Assembly: GCA_964411375.1 (NCBI GenBank)
Contig: CAYPKR010000002.1
Location: 894 to 64,893, forward strand
Origin: an uncultured Candidatus Saccharibacteria bacterium
GTDB lineage: Bacteria > Patescibacteriota > Minisyncoccia > Phycocordibacterales > UBA12088
DNA length: 64,000 bases
Reading direction: 5' to 3'
Shown here: positions 18,238-28,103 of the stretch, in pieces
How the letters are laid out: the number at the start of each line of letters is the position of its first letter
Numbering within the stretch: the stretch's first letter is position 1
Translations under genes and position numbers: made by a program
The notes under the pieces: generated by a model
The model's database searches: none
The model's input: the letters and a program-made list of their open reading frames with translations, nothing else
Told to the model about the DNA's origin: nothing

Positions 18238-18309
18238 TCGGGGCGCCGGGATTTGAACCCGGAGTCGCACGAACCCGAATCGTGCATGTTACCGTTACAC
18301 TACGCCCCG
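18238..18309 (-). tRNA. tRNA-Pro (anticodon CGG)
   Basis: Reverse complement reads CGGGGCGTAGTGTAACGGTAACATGCACGATTCGGGTTCGTGCGACTCCGGGTTCAAATCCCGGCGCCCCGA. Anticodon loop is UUCGGGU. Confidence 0.85.
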
Positions 18310-18346
18310 TGTGATGCTTTTGTAGTCATGAAGATTTGTGACTCTG

Positions 18347-18419
18347 TGGACCTGAGGGAGCTCGAATCCCTGACCTCTGCAATGCGAATGCAGCGCTCTA
18401 CCAGCTGAGCTACAGGCCC
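18347..18419 (-). tRNA. tRNA-Ala (anticodon CGC)
   Basis: Reverse complement reads GGGCCTGTAGCTCAGCTGGTAGAGCGCTGCATTCGCATTGCAGAGGTCAGGGATTCGAGCTCCCTCAGGTCCA. The G3:U70 identity pair is present. Anticodon loop is UUCGCAU. Confidence 0.85.
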
Positions 18420-18521
18420 ATAGATGAACCTGATCGTATCAAAATTTATTTAGGAAAAGAAGAAGTATTGTTGGCAATTTTGTGCGGCGTTTTTAATGAA
18501 ACCTGGTAGTCTTATAAGGCA

Positions 18522-19352
18522 ATGCCTGAATCATTTTTCAAACGACAAGTAATTCCACTTACGCTAACCGCTGTTGTATGCGGCGTTTTGGTACTTCTTC
18601 TGTGGGCTGAAATTATCATTCTCAATCAATTTACATCTGTCGATATCAAAGCGCAGGTGCTTTTCGTCGACGTTTTGATCGGTCTCACTATTTATCTTAA
18701 GACGTCAATCGATTTTGCAATTTTTATCGGCGGACTCATGCATGAGTATCCTGGATGGAAAAATCGTGTTGCGATCGAGATCGGGACCGCAGTAGGGAAT
18801 GCAGCGGGCACGATGATCGTGCTCGCTGTCTGGACCTTTTTTAAGGAAGTTGAATTCCTCCTCGCGATAATGATTTTCCTCGCAGCACTCGTGCTTTTCC
18901 GTCTAGCAGAAGAAGGGTTGCCGCACATCGAAAGCATGGAACGCGGCTATCCGAAATGGTTCCGCGATTTTTCACTTTTACTTCGACACGCGCTCGGTTT
19001 TGTTAACAGAATCGTTGAGCCATTTCTTTCACGCATTGTTCCAAACCCAAAGACGCGAGAAGCGGCAAAGAAAACATTCCTCTCATTATTTATGTTTTCC
19101 TTAACCATCCCATTTATTCTCGGACTCGATGACTTTGCCGGATATGTACCGATCTTTAGCATTGTTAATGTATTCGGATTTGCAATCGGTGCGTTTCTTG
19201 GTCATATGTTCCTCAATATCTTTTTGTACGTGAGTCCTGATGCGACGATTAAAATTGTAAAAAATCCAATCGTTGCGGTCGTTGGGAGTATCGTCTTTAT
19301 CGGTCTGGGTGCTGCTGGCTTGTACGAAGTTGCTAAAATTATCGTTAGCTAG
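18522..19352 (+). CDS. Hypothetical polytopic membrane protein
   Basis: 276 aa with ~7 hydrophobic segments. No recognised motif. Confidence 0.5.
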   Translation: MPESFFKRQVIPLTLTAVVCGVLVLLLWAEIIILNQFTSVDIKAQVLFVDVLIGLTIYLKTSIDFAIFIGGLMHEYPGWKNRVAIEIGTAVGNAAGTMIVLAVWTFFKEVEFLLAIMIFLAALVLFRLAEEGLPHIESMERGYPKWFRDFSLLLRHALGFVNRIVEPFLSRIVPNPKTREAAKKTFLSLFMFSLTIPFILGLDDFAGYVPIFSIVNVFGFAIGAFLGHMFLNIFLYVSPDATIKIVKNPIVAVVGSIVFIGLGAAGLYEVAKIIVS

Positions 19353-19370
19353 TGATATACTGATTTCACT

Positions 19371-19850
19371 ATGAGGCAGGAACAGACTCCAATCGAGCGG
19401 TTTGTATCATGGATCGGCTCTTCGAGCTCGCTCTTTGTGCATACCGTATTTTTTATTGCGTCTCTTGGCGCAGCGGCGCTTCATTTTGCACCGTGGGATT
19501 CAGTACTTCTGGTTTTGACAACGGTTGTGTCGCTTGAAGCGATCTATCTCGCCATTTTTATTCAAATGACGGTGAACCGAAACACACAAAGTCTTCGTGA
19601 AGTTGAACAAGATGTCGATAAAATTCAAGAAGACGTTGATGAGATTCAAGAAGATGTCGAAGATATCGGTGAAGATATTGAAGGGCTTGAAAAAGACATG
19701 GATGAGATCCACGACGATATCGAAGAAATGACCGAAGAAGAAAAGGAAGATGAGGCACGAGAAAAAAAGCACGAAGTAACGCTCGAAACGATGACCGAGA
19801 GTCTCCGCAAGCTCCTTACGGAAGTTGAAGAATTGAAAAAACGACGTTGA
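19371..19850 (+). CDS. DUF1003-like membrane protein with an acidic coiled-coil C-terminus
   Basis: 159 aa. Two TM helices (LFVHTVFFIASL, AIYLAIFIQMTVNRN) are followed by repeated EDV-x-EIQ acidic heptads. Confidence 0.5.
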   Translation: MRQEQTPIERFVSWIGSSSSLFVHTVFFIASLGAAALHFAPWDSVLLVLTTVVSLEAIYLAIFIQMTVNRNTQSLREVEQDVDKIQEDVDEIQEDVEDIGEDIEGLEKDMDEIHDDIEEMTEEEKEDEAREKKHEVTLETMTESLRKLLTEVEELKKRR

Positions 19851-19922
19851 TAACTTCGCTTTTGCCGGCGAATCGAGGTGATAGAATAGAGAAGTACTCG
19901 TTACCAACTCTGAACGAAAACT

Positions 19923-20057
19923 ATGCAGCACTATGTATGTGATGGCGATTGTGGGACGGTGAAAAAAGGTCCCGGAGTATGCGACAATGCCGATTGCGGA
20001 ATGTCTGGAAGTCAGCTACGATCCTGCAACTGTACGGATAACTCACATAGCGAATAA
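19923..20057 (+). CDS. Small cysteine-rich peptide, 44 aa (MQHYVCDGDCGTVKKGPGVCDNADCGMSGSQLRSCNCTDNSHSE)
   Basis: This ORF is below the 60-aa track cutoff and was read directly from the sequence. It has 7 Cys in C-x3-C, C-x5-C and C-x-C spacing. No strong SD was seen. Confidence 0.25.
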   Translation: MQHYVCDGDCGTVKKGPGVCDNADCGMSGSQLRSCNCTDNSHSE

Positions 20058-20129
20058 ATTCTTCTCCGCCGAAAGGGGATTCAGCGGTTCTTTTTGGGAA
20101 GAGCGAGTAACTCTTTCTTTTCACTTTGT

Positions 20130-20369
20130 ATGTCTATAGAAAATCCGGGACAAAATAATATCGAAGGTAATTCTGAAGAATTCGAAGGAATCCTTGAAAA
20201 AATCGCAATCGAGTTTCCTGGAATTGAAGGGAAAGTTGTCGCTAATGTTGCTATTCCTGAAAAAGACTTCAATCTTGTCACTGTTGAGAATGGCTCAGAA
20301 ATTCGAGTATTTAAGGTTTTTCCAAACGGAGAAATCAATGAGTGGACTGCGGCCGAACGCCAAAGGTAA
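20130..20369 (+). CDS. Hypothetical small protein
   Basis: Internal Met of the ORF 20094-20369. No recognised motif. Confidence 0.3.
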   Translation: MSIENPGQNNIEGNSEEFEGILEKIAIEFPGIEGKVVANVAIPEKDFNLVTVENGSEIRVFKVFPNGEINEWTAAERQR

Positions 20370-20409
20370 AAGACAAAATCGCCATATTTTGCTAGACTAC
20401 GCGTGAAAT

Positions 20410-21174
20410 ATGGAGCATGGAATTGAGATAGCGCTCGCGCCCGAAACCCTATTCACCATAGGGAATTTTCCAGTTACCAATACTCTTGTGACGTCAGCCG
20501 TAGTAACCTTGCTCCTTCTCGCCGCTTCATTTTTTATTGGCAGATCGCTTCGGATGATTCCTGGAAGAATCCAATCTTTGGTTGAGCTCGCATTCACCTT
20601 CATTCTCGACTACGCGACCGAAATTCTCGAAAGCGAATCCATTGCACGGAGATATTTTCCACTTTTTTTGACCCTTTTCCTTTTTATTTTTACTTCAAAT
20701 TTGCTCGAGTTTACGCCGGGCGTTGGTTCTCTCGGGTTTTTCCATGGGGAAATGTTTGCGCCACTGTTTCGAAGCGTAAATACCGATTTGAACACGACCC
20801 TCGCGCTTTCAATTATTTCAGTCATCACGATTGAAGTTGCCGGAATTCTCGCGGTTGGATTTTGGCGCTATGGCGGGAAATTTATCAATTTCTCCAAGCC
20901 ATTTCCGTTCAACTTTATCGTCGGTCTGATTGAGCTTATCTCTGAACTCTCACGATTTGTCTCGTTTTCGTTCCGTCTCTTCGGCAACATTTTTGCCGGC
21001 GAAGTGCTTCTCGCCGTTGTTGGGCTATTTGTCCCATACGTTGTGCCAGTTCCTTTGATGGCATTTGAAATGTTCGTTGGCTTCATTCAGGCGGTTGTCT
21101 TCACGATGTTGACCCTCTTTTTCATCAAATTGGCGATCACCGATCCCCACGGCGGGGAGGCGGGCGCCCATTAG
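20410..21174 (+). CDS. atpB: F-type ATP synthase Fo subunit a
   Basis: 254 aa. Conserved Arg helix 'FSFRLFGNIFAGEVLL'. Polytopic. Confidence 0.85.
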   Translation: MEHGIEIALAPETLFTIGNFPVTNTLVTSAVVTLLLLAASFFIGRSLRMIPGRIQSLVELAFTFILDYATEILESESIARRYFPLFLTLFLFIFTSNLLEFTPGVGSLGFFHGEMFAPLFRSVNTDLNTTLALSIISVITIEVAGILAVGFWRYGGKFINFSKPFPFNFIVGLIELISELSRFVSFSFRLFGNIFAGEVLLAVVGLFVPYVVPVPLMAFEMFVGFIQAVVFTMLTLFFIKLAITDPHGGEAGAH

Positions 21175-21232
21175 AAACTCGACGAATTCTGTGCTACAGT
21201 ACGGGCATATTTTACTAGCAATTTTAGATTGA

Positions 21233-21463
<231 letters not shown>

Positions 21464-21616
21464 TTAGATTTAAGTCAGCGCATTTCTTCGTTGCACTTCG
21501 AAAAATGCCGCTCACTGTACCTTCTGTACAGCTCGCGTCATTTTTCTCGTGCGCCTCGAACTGCATCCAACTAAAATCGAATCCGACCTTTTCAGAACGT
21601 TTTTAGCAACAAAAGT

Positions 21617-22066
21617 ATGGGTGATTTATTTTCAGCATTCGGTGTCAATTGGAAACTCCTCATAACGCAGGTGATCAATTTCGGTTTGCTCCTTGTGTTG
21701 CTCCGCTATTTCCTCTACAAGCCAGTTTTGAAAATCATTGACGAGCGAAAAGAGAAAATTGCAAAAGGAGTGCAGGATGCTGAAGAAGCGGGAAAGAAAC
21801 TCGCGCTCGCTGAAGTTGAAAAAGAATCCCTGATAAAGGATGCGAACGTAAAAGCAGAAGAGATTGTCGCCGAAGCAAAGACCTACGCAACCGAAAAAGG
21901 AAATGCGCTTGTACATGAAGCTGAAGCAAAAAGTGAAGCGATTCTCTCTGATGCTGAAGCGCGTGCTGAAGAAGCAAAACATCGAGCACTCAAAGAAAGT
22001 GAAGCGGAAGTCGCAAAGCTTGCTATTCTCGGCGCTGAAAAAATTCTTCGAGAAAAACTCAACTAA
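21617..22066 (+). CDS. atpF: F-type ATP synthase Fo subunit b
   Basis: 149 aa. N-terminal TM helix, then a long charged helix. Confidence 0.8.
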   Translation: MGDLFSAFGVNWKLLITQVINFGLLLVLLRYFLYKPVLKIIDERKEKIAKGVQDAEEAGKKLALAEVEKESLIKDANVKAEEIVAEAKTYATEKGNALVHEAEAKSEAILSDAEARAEEAKHRALKESEAEVAKLAILGAEKILREKLN

Positions 22067-22067
22067 T

Positions 22068-22430
22068 ATGAAACTTGCTAAGGAATACGCACAGATTCTT
22101 CGAGAACTTCCGCAAGACAGGAAGCATGAGGATCATTTCTTTGCGATTCTTAAGCGTCGTGGTCATGAAAAACTCCTTCCTGCCATCCTTTCTGCATACG
22201 AGCGAATTTTGGCAAAAGAATCAAAAACGGCAAAAGAAGTGGTTGTTGTTGCGCATGAAAAAGAAGGTGTAAAAGCTAAAGCACATGCGGAGAAGTTTGG
22301 GGCAGTCGATCCTACCGTTCGCGTTGATCATACGATTGTTGGCGGATGGCGCTATATGGGAAAATCGACGCTCGTCGATCACACCTACAAACGCGCGCTT
22401 CTTGATTTATATAGAAAAATGACGGCATAA
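22068..22430 (+). CDS. atpH: F-type ATP synthase subunit delta (OSCP), short form
   Basis: 121 aa from the ATG at 22068, one nt after the atpF stop. The longer ORF-track start at 21864 overlaps atpF. Assignment rests on position between b and alpha and a C-terminal OSCP-like region. Confidence 0.6.
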   Translation: MKLAKEYAQILRELPQDRKHEDHFFAILKRRGHEKLLPAILSAYERILAKESKTAKEVVVVAHEKEGVKAKAHAEKFGAVDPTVRVDHTIVGGWRYMGKSTLVDHTYKRALLDLYRKMTA

Positions 22431-22439
22431 AAAATTATT

Positions 22440-24005
22440 ATGAATACAGCACTTATTGAACGCCTCAAGGCAGAAATCGAACATTTCGCTCCGGAAGGAA
22501 AAGCCGAAACCATCGGTCGCGTAACCGCGGTTGGCGATGGTATTGCAGAAATTTCTGGACTTGATAATGCCGTCATGTCCGAAATGCTTGTCTTTGATGA
22601 TTCGGAAGGAAAGTCGCTTGCACACGGAATGGAATCAAAAACCGAAGTCTTCGGTCTCGTCTTGAACCTTGAAGAAGACTCAGTACGTGCGGTTATTCTT
22701 GGTGACACAAAACGTGTGAAGGAGGGAATGATTGCAAAATCGACCGGTAGAGTGCTTTCAATTCCCGTTGGTGAAGAGCTTCTTGGACGCGTGGTAGATC
22801 CTCTGATGCAACCGCTTGATGGAAAAGCAGCTATTAAAGGAGCAAAACACTACCCAGTTGAGCGTGTTGCCTACGGCGTCATGGATCGAAAGTCGGTTGA
22901 TACACCGCTCCACACCGGCATCAAAGCAATTGATGCGATGATTCCGATTGGCCGTGGTCAACGCGAGCTTATCATCGGCGATCGCTTTACCGGAAAGACG
23001 ACCGTTGCGATCGACACGATTCTCAATCAAAAATCAGAACCTGAAGATACACGCCCGATTTGTATTTATGTTGCAATCGGTCAAAAGGAATCAAAGGTTG
23101 CGCAAATGGTAGAACTTCTTCGCGAAGCGGGCGCGCTTGAATACACAATTGTTGTTTCAGCATCTGCGTCAAAACCAGCAGCACTCCAATTCCTCGCACC
23201 ATTCGCTGGTGCGGCAGTCGGCGAATATTTCATGGAAAAAGGAAAAGATGCGCTCATTATTTATGACGATCTTTCTAAACACGCAGTCGCATACCGCCAG
23301 ATGTCACTCTTGCTTCGTCGTCCGCCAGGCCGTGAAGCATATCCGGGCGACGTCTTTTATCTCCACTCTCGTCTTCTTGAACGTGCAGCACGCCTTTCTG
23401 ACAAACTTGGCGGTGGATCTTTGACCGCACTTCCAATTATCGAAACCCAGGATAACGATGTTTCTGCATATATTCCAACCAACGTCATTTCGATTACGGA
23501 CGGTCAGCTTTTCCTTGAGTCTGATCTTTTCAACAAAGGACTTCGTCCTGCAATCAACGTCGGTATTTCCGTTTCGCGTGTCGGCTCATCCGCACAAACA
23601 AAAGCGATGAAAAAAGTCGCGGGAAAAATTCGCCTCGAGCTTGCACAGTTCCGCGAGCTCGAAGCGTTCATGCAGTTCGCTTCTGATCTCGATCCAGAAA
23701 CAAAAAAGCGTATCGATTCAGGAACTAGGCTTACCGAAGCACTCCGTCAAAAGAAAAACGCCCCGATTCCATTTGAGGAACAGGTCGTTATGATTTATGC
23801 CGCGACAAACGGACTTCTTGAAACAGTCGCAGTTTCAAATGTGCTTGCGGTTGAAGAAAAACTCCTTGCGTATGTTGATCGTGAACATAAGGAAGTTTTG
23901 ACTGCGATTAAAAATGAAAAGGCAATTTCAGAAACGACGGAAGGGAAGTTAAAGGAAGCGCTTGAGGGATTTAAAGTTGCACACTCGGAGTACTTCGGAA
24001 AGTAA
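22440..24005 (+). CDS. atpA: F-type ATP synthase F1 subunit alpha
   Basis: 521 aa. Walker A 'GDRFTGKT' and '[47 protein letters not shown]'. Confidence 0.95.
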   Translation: MNTALIERLKAEIEHFAPEGKAETIGRVTAVGDGIAEISGLDNAVMSEMLVFDDSEGKSLAHGMESKTEVFGLVLNLEEDSVRAVILGDTKRVKEGMIAKSTGRVLSIPVGEELLGRVVDPLMQPLDGKAAIKGAKHYPVERVAYGVMDRKSVDTPLHTGIKAIDAMIPIGRGQRELIIGDRFTGKTTVAIDTILNQKSEPEDTRPICIYVAIGQKESKVAQMVELLREAGALEYTIVVSASASKPAALQFLAPFAGAAVGEYFMEKGKDALIIYDDLSKHAVAYRQMSLLLRRPPGREAYPGDVFYLHSRLLERAARLSDKLGGGSLTALPIIETQDNDVSAYIPTNVISITDGQLFLESDLFNKGLRPAINVGISVSRVGSSAQTKAMKKVAGKIRLELAQFRELEAFMQFASDLDPETKKRIDSGTRLTEALRQKKNAPIPFEEQVVMIYAATNGLLETVAVSNVLAVEEKLLAYVDREHKEVLTAIKNEKAISETTEGKLKEALEGFKVAHSEYFGK

Positions 24006-24129
24006 GAAATCAAAATGGGCCGACTTCCAAAAGAAGCCGACCCCTCGTCCATGAGCCATATAGGTCAATATAACTTAGCTCGCTATAACTAAAAAGTAAT
24101 ATATAGGAGGTGCAGAATTTGTCAAGTCC

Positions 24130-25050
24130 ATGGCAATTAAGACAATAAAAAACAAAATACGAGCCATTCAGAAGACGAGCAAGGTCACCAAAGCCTTGGA
24201 ATCGGTTTCTGCGGTTAAGATGCGGAAATCACAGGAAAAAGCGCTTCACGGGCGACCGTACGCGACCGCTGCTCTTGGCATTTTGAAGCGATTAGCAGGC
24301 TCAATTGATGGCACATCGCATCCACTTTCCAAAAAACGACCAGTTAAAAAACTCGGACTTGTCGTATTTGCCTCGGACAAAGGTCTTGCGGGAGCACTGA
24401 ACGCATCGGTTTTGAAAGAGGCTGTTGCCGCGATTGAAAAACGAAATCTGAAACCCGAGCAGGTAGTAGTTTATGCGATTGGCCGCAAGGCGTTTGAATT
24501 TTTTCATAAGCGCGGTTACAAAATCGCTGAACATTTTGATGATGTCGAGGATCAGGCGCGTGAGCATGAGGTCAGTCGAATCACCGACATGATACTCCGA
24601 GCATTTCTCTCAGAAGAAATCGATGAAGCGGTACTTGTATATACCAATTTTAAATCAACATTTGAACAAAAACCGGTCTCACGTACTGTTCTTCCGGTAA
24701 CCCTTTCGAGTATGGAAGAATTTGTGAAGGGAATTGTCCCAATTCGCGGGCGCTACTCCGATGTTTCTGAAAAAGATGAAGCCCCAGTCAAAGCATTTAC
24801 GGTTGAGCCCGATCCAACATCAGTCCTTGCGGTGTTGATGCCACGACTTGCAAATATTGCGGTTTACCATGCCTTGATCGAAGCGCGCGCTTCAGAACAT
24901 TCTGCTCGCATGGTTGCGATGAAAAATGCGACCGACAAAGCAAAAGAAGTTTCAAAAGATTTGACCTTAGTCTACAACAAGGCGCGACAAGCGCTCATCA
25001 CGAGAGAAGTGTCAGAAATCGTCGGTGGAATGGAGGCAATGGCCAACTAA
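24130..25050 (+). CDS. atpG: F-type ATP synthase F1 subunit gamma
   Basis: 306 aa. N- and C-terminal coiled-coil helices ('MAIKTIKNKIRAIQKT...', '...ITREVSEIVGG'). Confidence 0.9.
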   Translation: MAIKTIKNKIRAIQKTSKVTKALESVSAVKMRKSQEKALHGRPYATAALGILKRLAGSIDGTSHPLSKKRPVKKLGLVVFASDKGLAGALNASVLKEAVAAIEKRNLKPEQVVVYAIGRKAFEFFHKRGYKIAEHFDDVEDQAREHEVSRITDMILRAFLSEEIDEAVLVYTNFKSTFEQKPVSRTVLPVTLSSMEEFVKGIVPIRGRYSDVSEKDEAPVKAFTVEPDPTSVLAVLMPRLANIAVYHALIEARASEHSARMVAMKNATDKAKEVSKDLTLVYNKARQALITREVSEIVGGMEAMAN

Positions 25051-25099
25051 AAAGTAAAACCGCACGGAAGGAATTAGACCTTCGCATGCGGTTAGAGAT

Positions 25100-25327
25100 T
25101 CATTCTTCGTAGTTACATATTCTTCGGCTTTTAATTAACCACCAGAAGATAAGTGAGCCAACGAGCGTGGCACCGAAGAGCAGGAAGCAGAATGCTTGTG
25201 CCCATGCTGGAGGATTGGGAGAAAGCTTGTCGTGATTGGTAGCTAGAATGCCACTTGCACCTAACCCCATCAGCCCTGCAACAAACGCTAGGACGCAGCA
25301 CAGAAGTAATGTCTTTCGACCAAGCAT
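25100..25327 (-). CDS. Antisense small membrane protein, 75 aa with 2 predicted TM helices
   Basis: MLGRKTLLLCCVLAFVAGLMGLGASGILA...FCFLLFGATLVGSLIFWWLIKSRR. GGGGTGAG lies 8 nt upstream of the ATG. It sits between atpG and atpD on the opposite strand. Local GC is ~53 % in one hand-counted 60-nt sample. Confidence 0.35.
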   Translation of the reverse strand: MLGRKTLLLCCVLAFVAGLMGLGASGILATNHDKLSPNPPAWAQAFCFLLFGATLVGSLIFWWLIKSRRICNYEE

Positions 25328-25407
25328 GTTTTTACTCACCCCTGAACCCCGAGGTGCGGGGGACTCGATTGAGTCCAACGTGTAGTCGGGAGGGTAGGTG
25401 CTGTCCT

Positions 25408-25608
25408 CTATGTTGGACTGCTGACCTTCTTTTCGCTCAGATCCATCATCAGGATCCCAATCAGGGCTCCGACAAGGCTGAGCAAAAACGGCATGGTGAA
25501 CTCGTTGTAATGCTTCTCGCTGAAAGCGATAGCGAACATTGAACCGAGAGAAATGATCAGGACCAGTAGGCCCATGACCAGAACGGGAACATCGCAATAC
25601 TTGTTCAT
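25408..25608 (-). CDS. Antisense small membrane protein, 66 aa with 2 predicted TM helices
   Basis: MNKYCDVPVLVMGLLVLIISLGSMFAIAF...MPFLLSLVGALIGILMMDL. The SD GGAGAG lies 5 nt upstream of the internal ATG. The ORF-track start is an upstream TTG at 25626. Confidence 0.35.
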   Translation of the reverse strand: MNKYCDVPVLVMGLLVLIISLGSMFAIAFSEKHYNEFTMPFLLSLVGALIGILMMDLSEKKVSSPT

Positions 25609-25737
25609 CTGTTCTCTCCGCTTCAATGACCCAGAAGCAGGGGGACTTTGAGTCCGTGTTTAATCTAGCGATAAATTACCACGAATAAATAGAAGTGTCA
25701 AGCGTTTTGTATTTGAGCCATAATTTTGCTACAGTAG

Positions 25738-27126
<1,389 letters not shown>

Positions 27127-27130
27127 GCAA

Positions 27131-27163
27131 ATGGCTCACCTCCATCTTTTGGAGGTGAGCCAT
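27131..27163. terminator. 14-bp perfect hairpin after atpD
   Basis: ATGGCTCACCTCCA-tcttt-TGGAGGTGAGCCAT. There is no U-tract on the plus strand. A T-rich tract follows on the minus strand. Confidence 0.4.
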
Positions 27164-27338
27164 CGGTCAGATCTGCTCCTTCGACTGCGGTTCGCCAGAT
27201 ATAGCGGTAAAGAAAATATACAACTGGTACTATTCCGACGGGCAAGGCACACAACATAAACTTACCGAACTCGATCCAGTAAGACATTGAATATCTCCCG
27301 CTAGGTCATTCGAAGTAATACTACAATAAAATATAAAA

Positions 27339-27587
27339 ATGGCAACTTTTCATATACATATCGCGTCCGTGGATGAAGTCCTCTTCGACAGCGAAGCGGA
27401 AGCAGTTACGGTGCCTGGCGTCGGTGGAGTGATGACGATCCTCGCCCATCACGAACCAATCATCTCAACTCTCAAGGCAGGAACTATTCATCTCCGTGGC
27501 GCAAAGGAAGGAAATGTAGAGCAAAATTTCTCGGTCTCACAAGGAGTGCTTGAGGTATCGCATAATCGGGTGACAATTCTTCTCTAA
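27339..27587 (+). CDS. atpC: F-type ATP synthase subunit epsilon, N-terminal beta-sandwich domain only
   Basis: 82 aa. 'VPGVGGVMTILAHHEP' is present. The C-terminal helical hairpin is absent. Confidence 0.7.
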   Translation: MATFHIHIASVDEVLFDSEAEAVTVPGVGGVMTILAHHEPIISTLKAGTIHLRGAKEGNVEQNFSVSQGVLEVSHNRVTILL

Positions 27588-27616
27588 ATAAAATTGCTCA
27601 GGCTTTATAAAACTAA

Positions 27617-27650
27617 ACGACCAGTATCTCGATGAGATCTGGTCGTGTTT
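27617..27650 (+). terminator. Rho-independent terminator ending the atp operon
   Basis: ACGACCAG-t-ATCTC-gat-GAGAT-CTGGTCGT followed by GTTT. Confidence 0.5.
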
Positions 27651-28103
27651 ACTGCTTTCCTCCTTGGAAAAGTTCGCCCCCCGCTAATATTGCCACCGAA
27701 GAGTGGCGCCAAGAGCAGGGGGCGGAGCGAGGGAGGGAGGCACCGTCTGACTTGACTCCATTACCTTAGCAAAGGGCGTTTTTACTGTCAACGGGCATCT
27801 AGAAGTTCTGATTGGGGATAATCTGAATAGGATATCGGTGCATTTCCGAAGGCCGATTCACTCATTCTTAGGATTGAAGCCTTCCCAACAAGCGTCATTA
27901 TGAAACAACTACATAATATCGCTAAAACAGTGTGGTCGATGTTACGGTCAACAGTTGCTGCCGTGGCCAAAGAAGGCGCTAAGCTGAATAGAAATAGATA
28001 CGTAACAACTTTACTCGTGCCGAATCCAAACTTCCGTTCTTTCATCAGCTGTCTCCAAAAGTTCAGATATCAATATACTGAACACGCTCTGCTGACGCAA
28101 CGA

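Noticed and set aside
21864-22430. 188-aa version of the delta-subunit ORF
   Set aside because: The upstream part overlaps atpF in another frame and is Lys/Arg-rich nonsense. The ATG at 22068 directly after the atpF stop is preferred.
27665-27760. Possible SRP (4.5S) RNA
   Set aside because: Only loose resemblance (GCCAAG...GCAG) to the domain IV consensus. I could not place the conserved GGAA tetraloop and symmetric loops, so no call was made without a covariance-model search.
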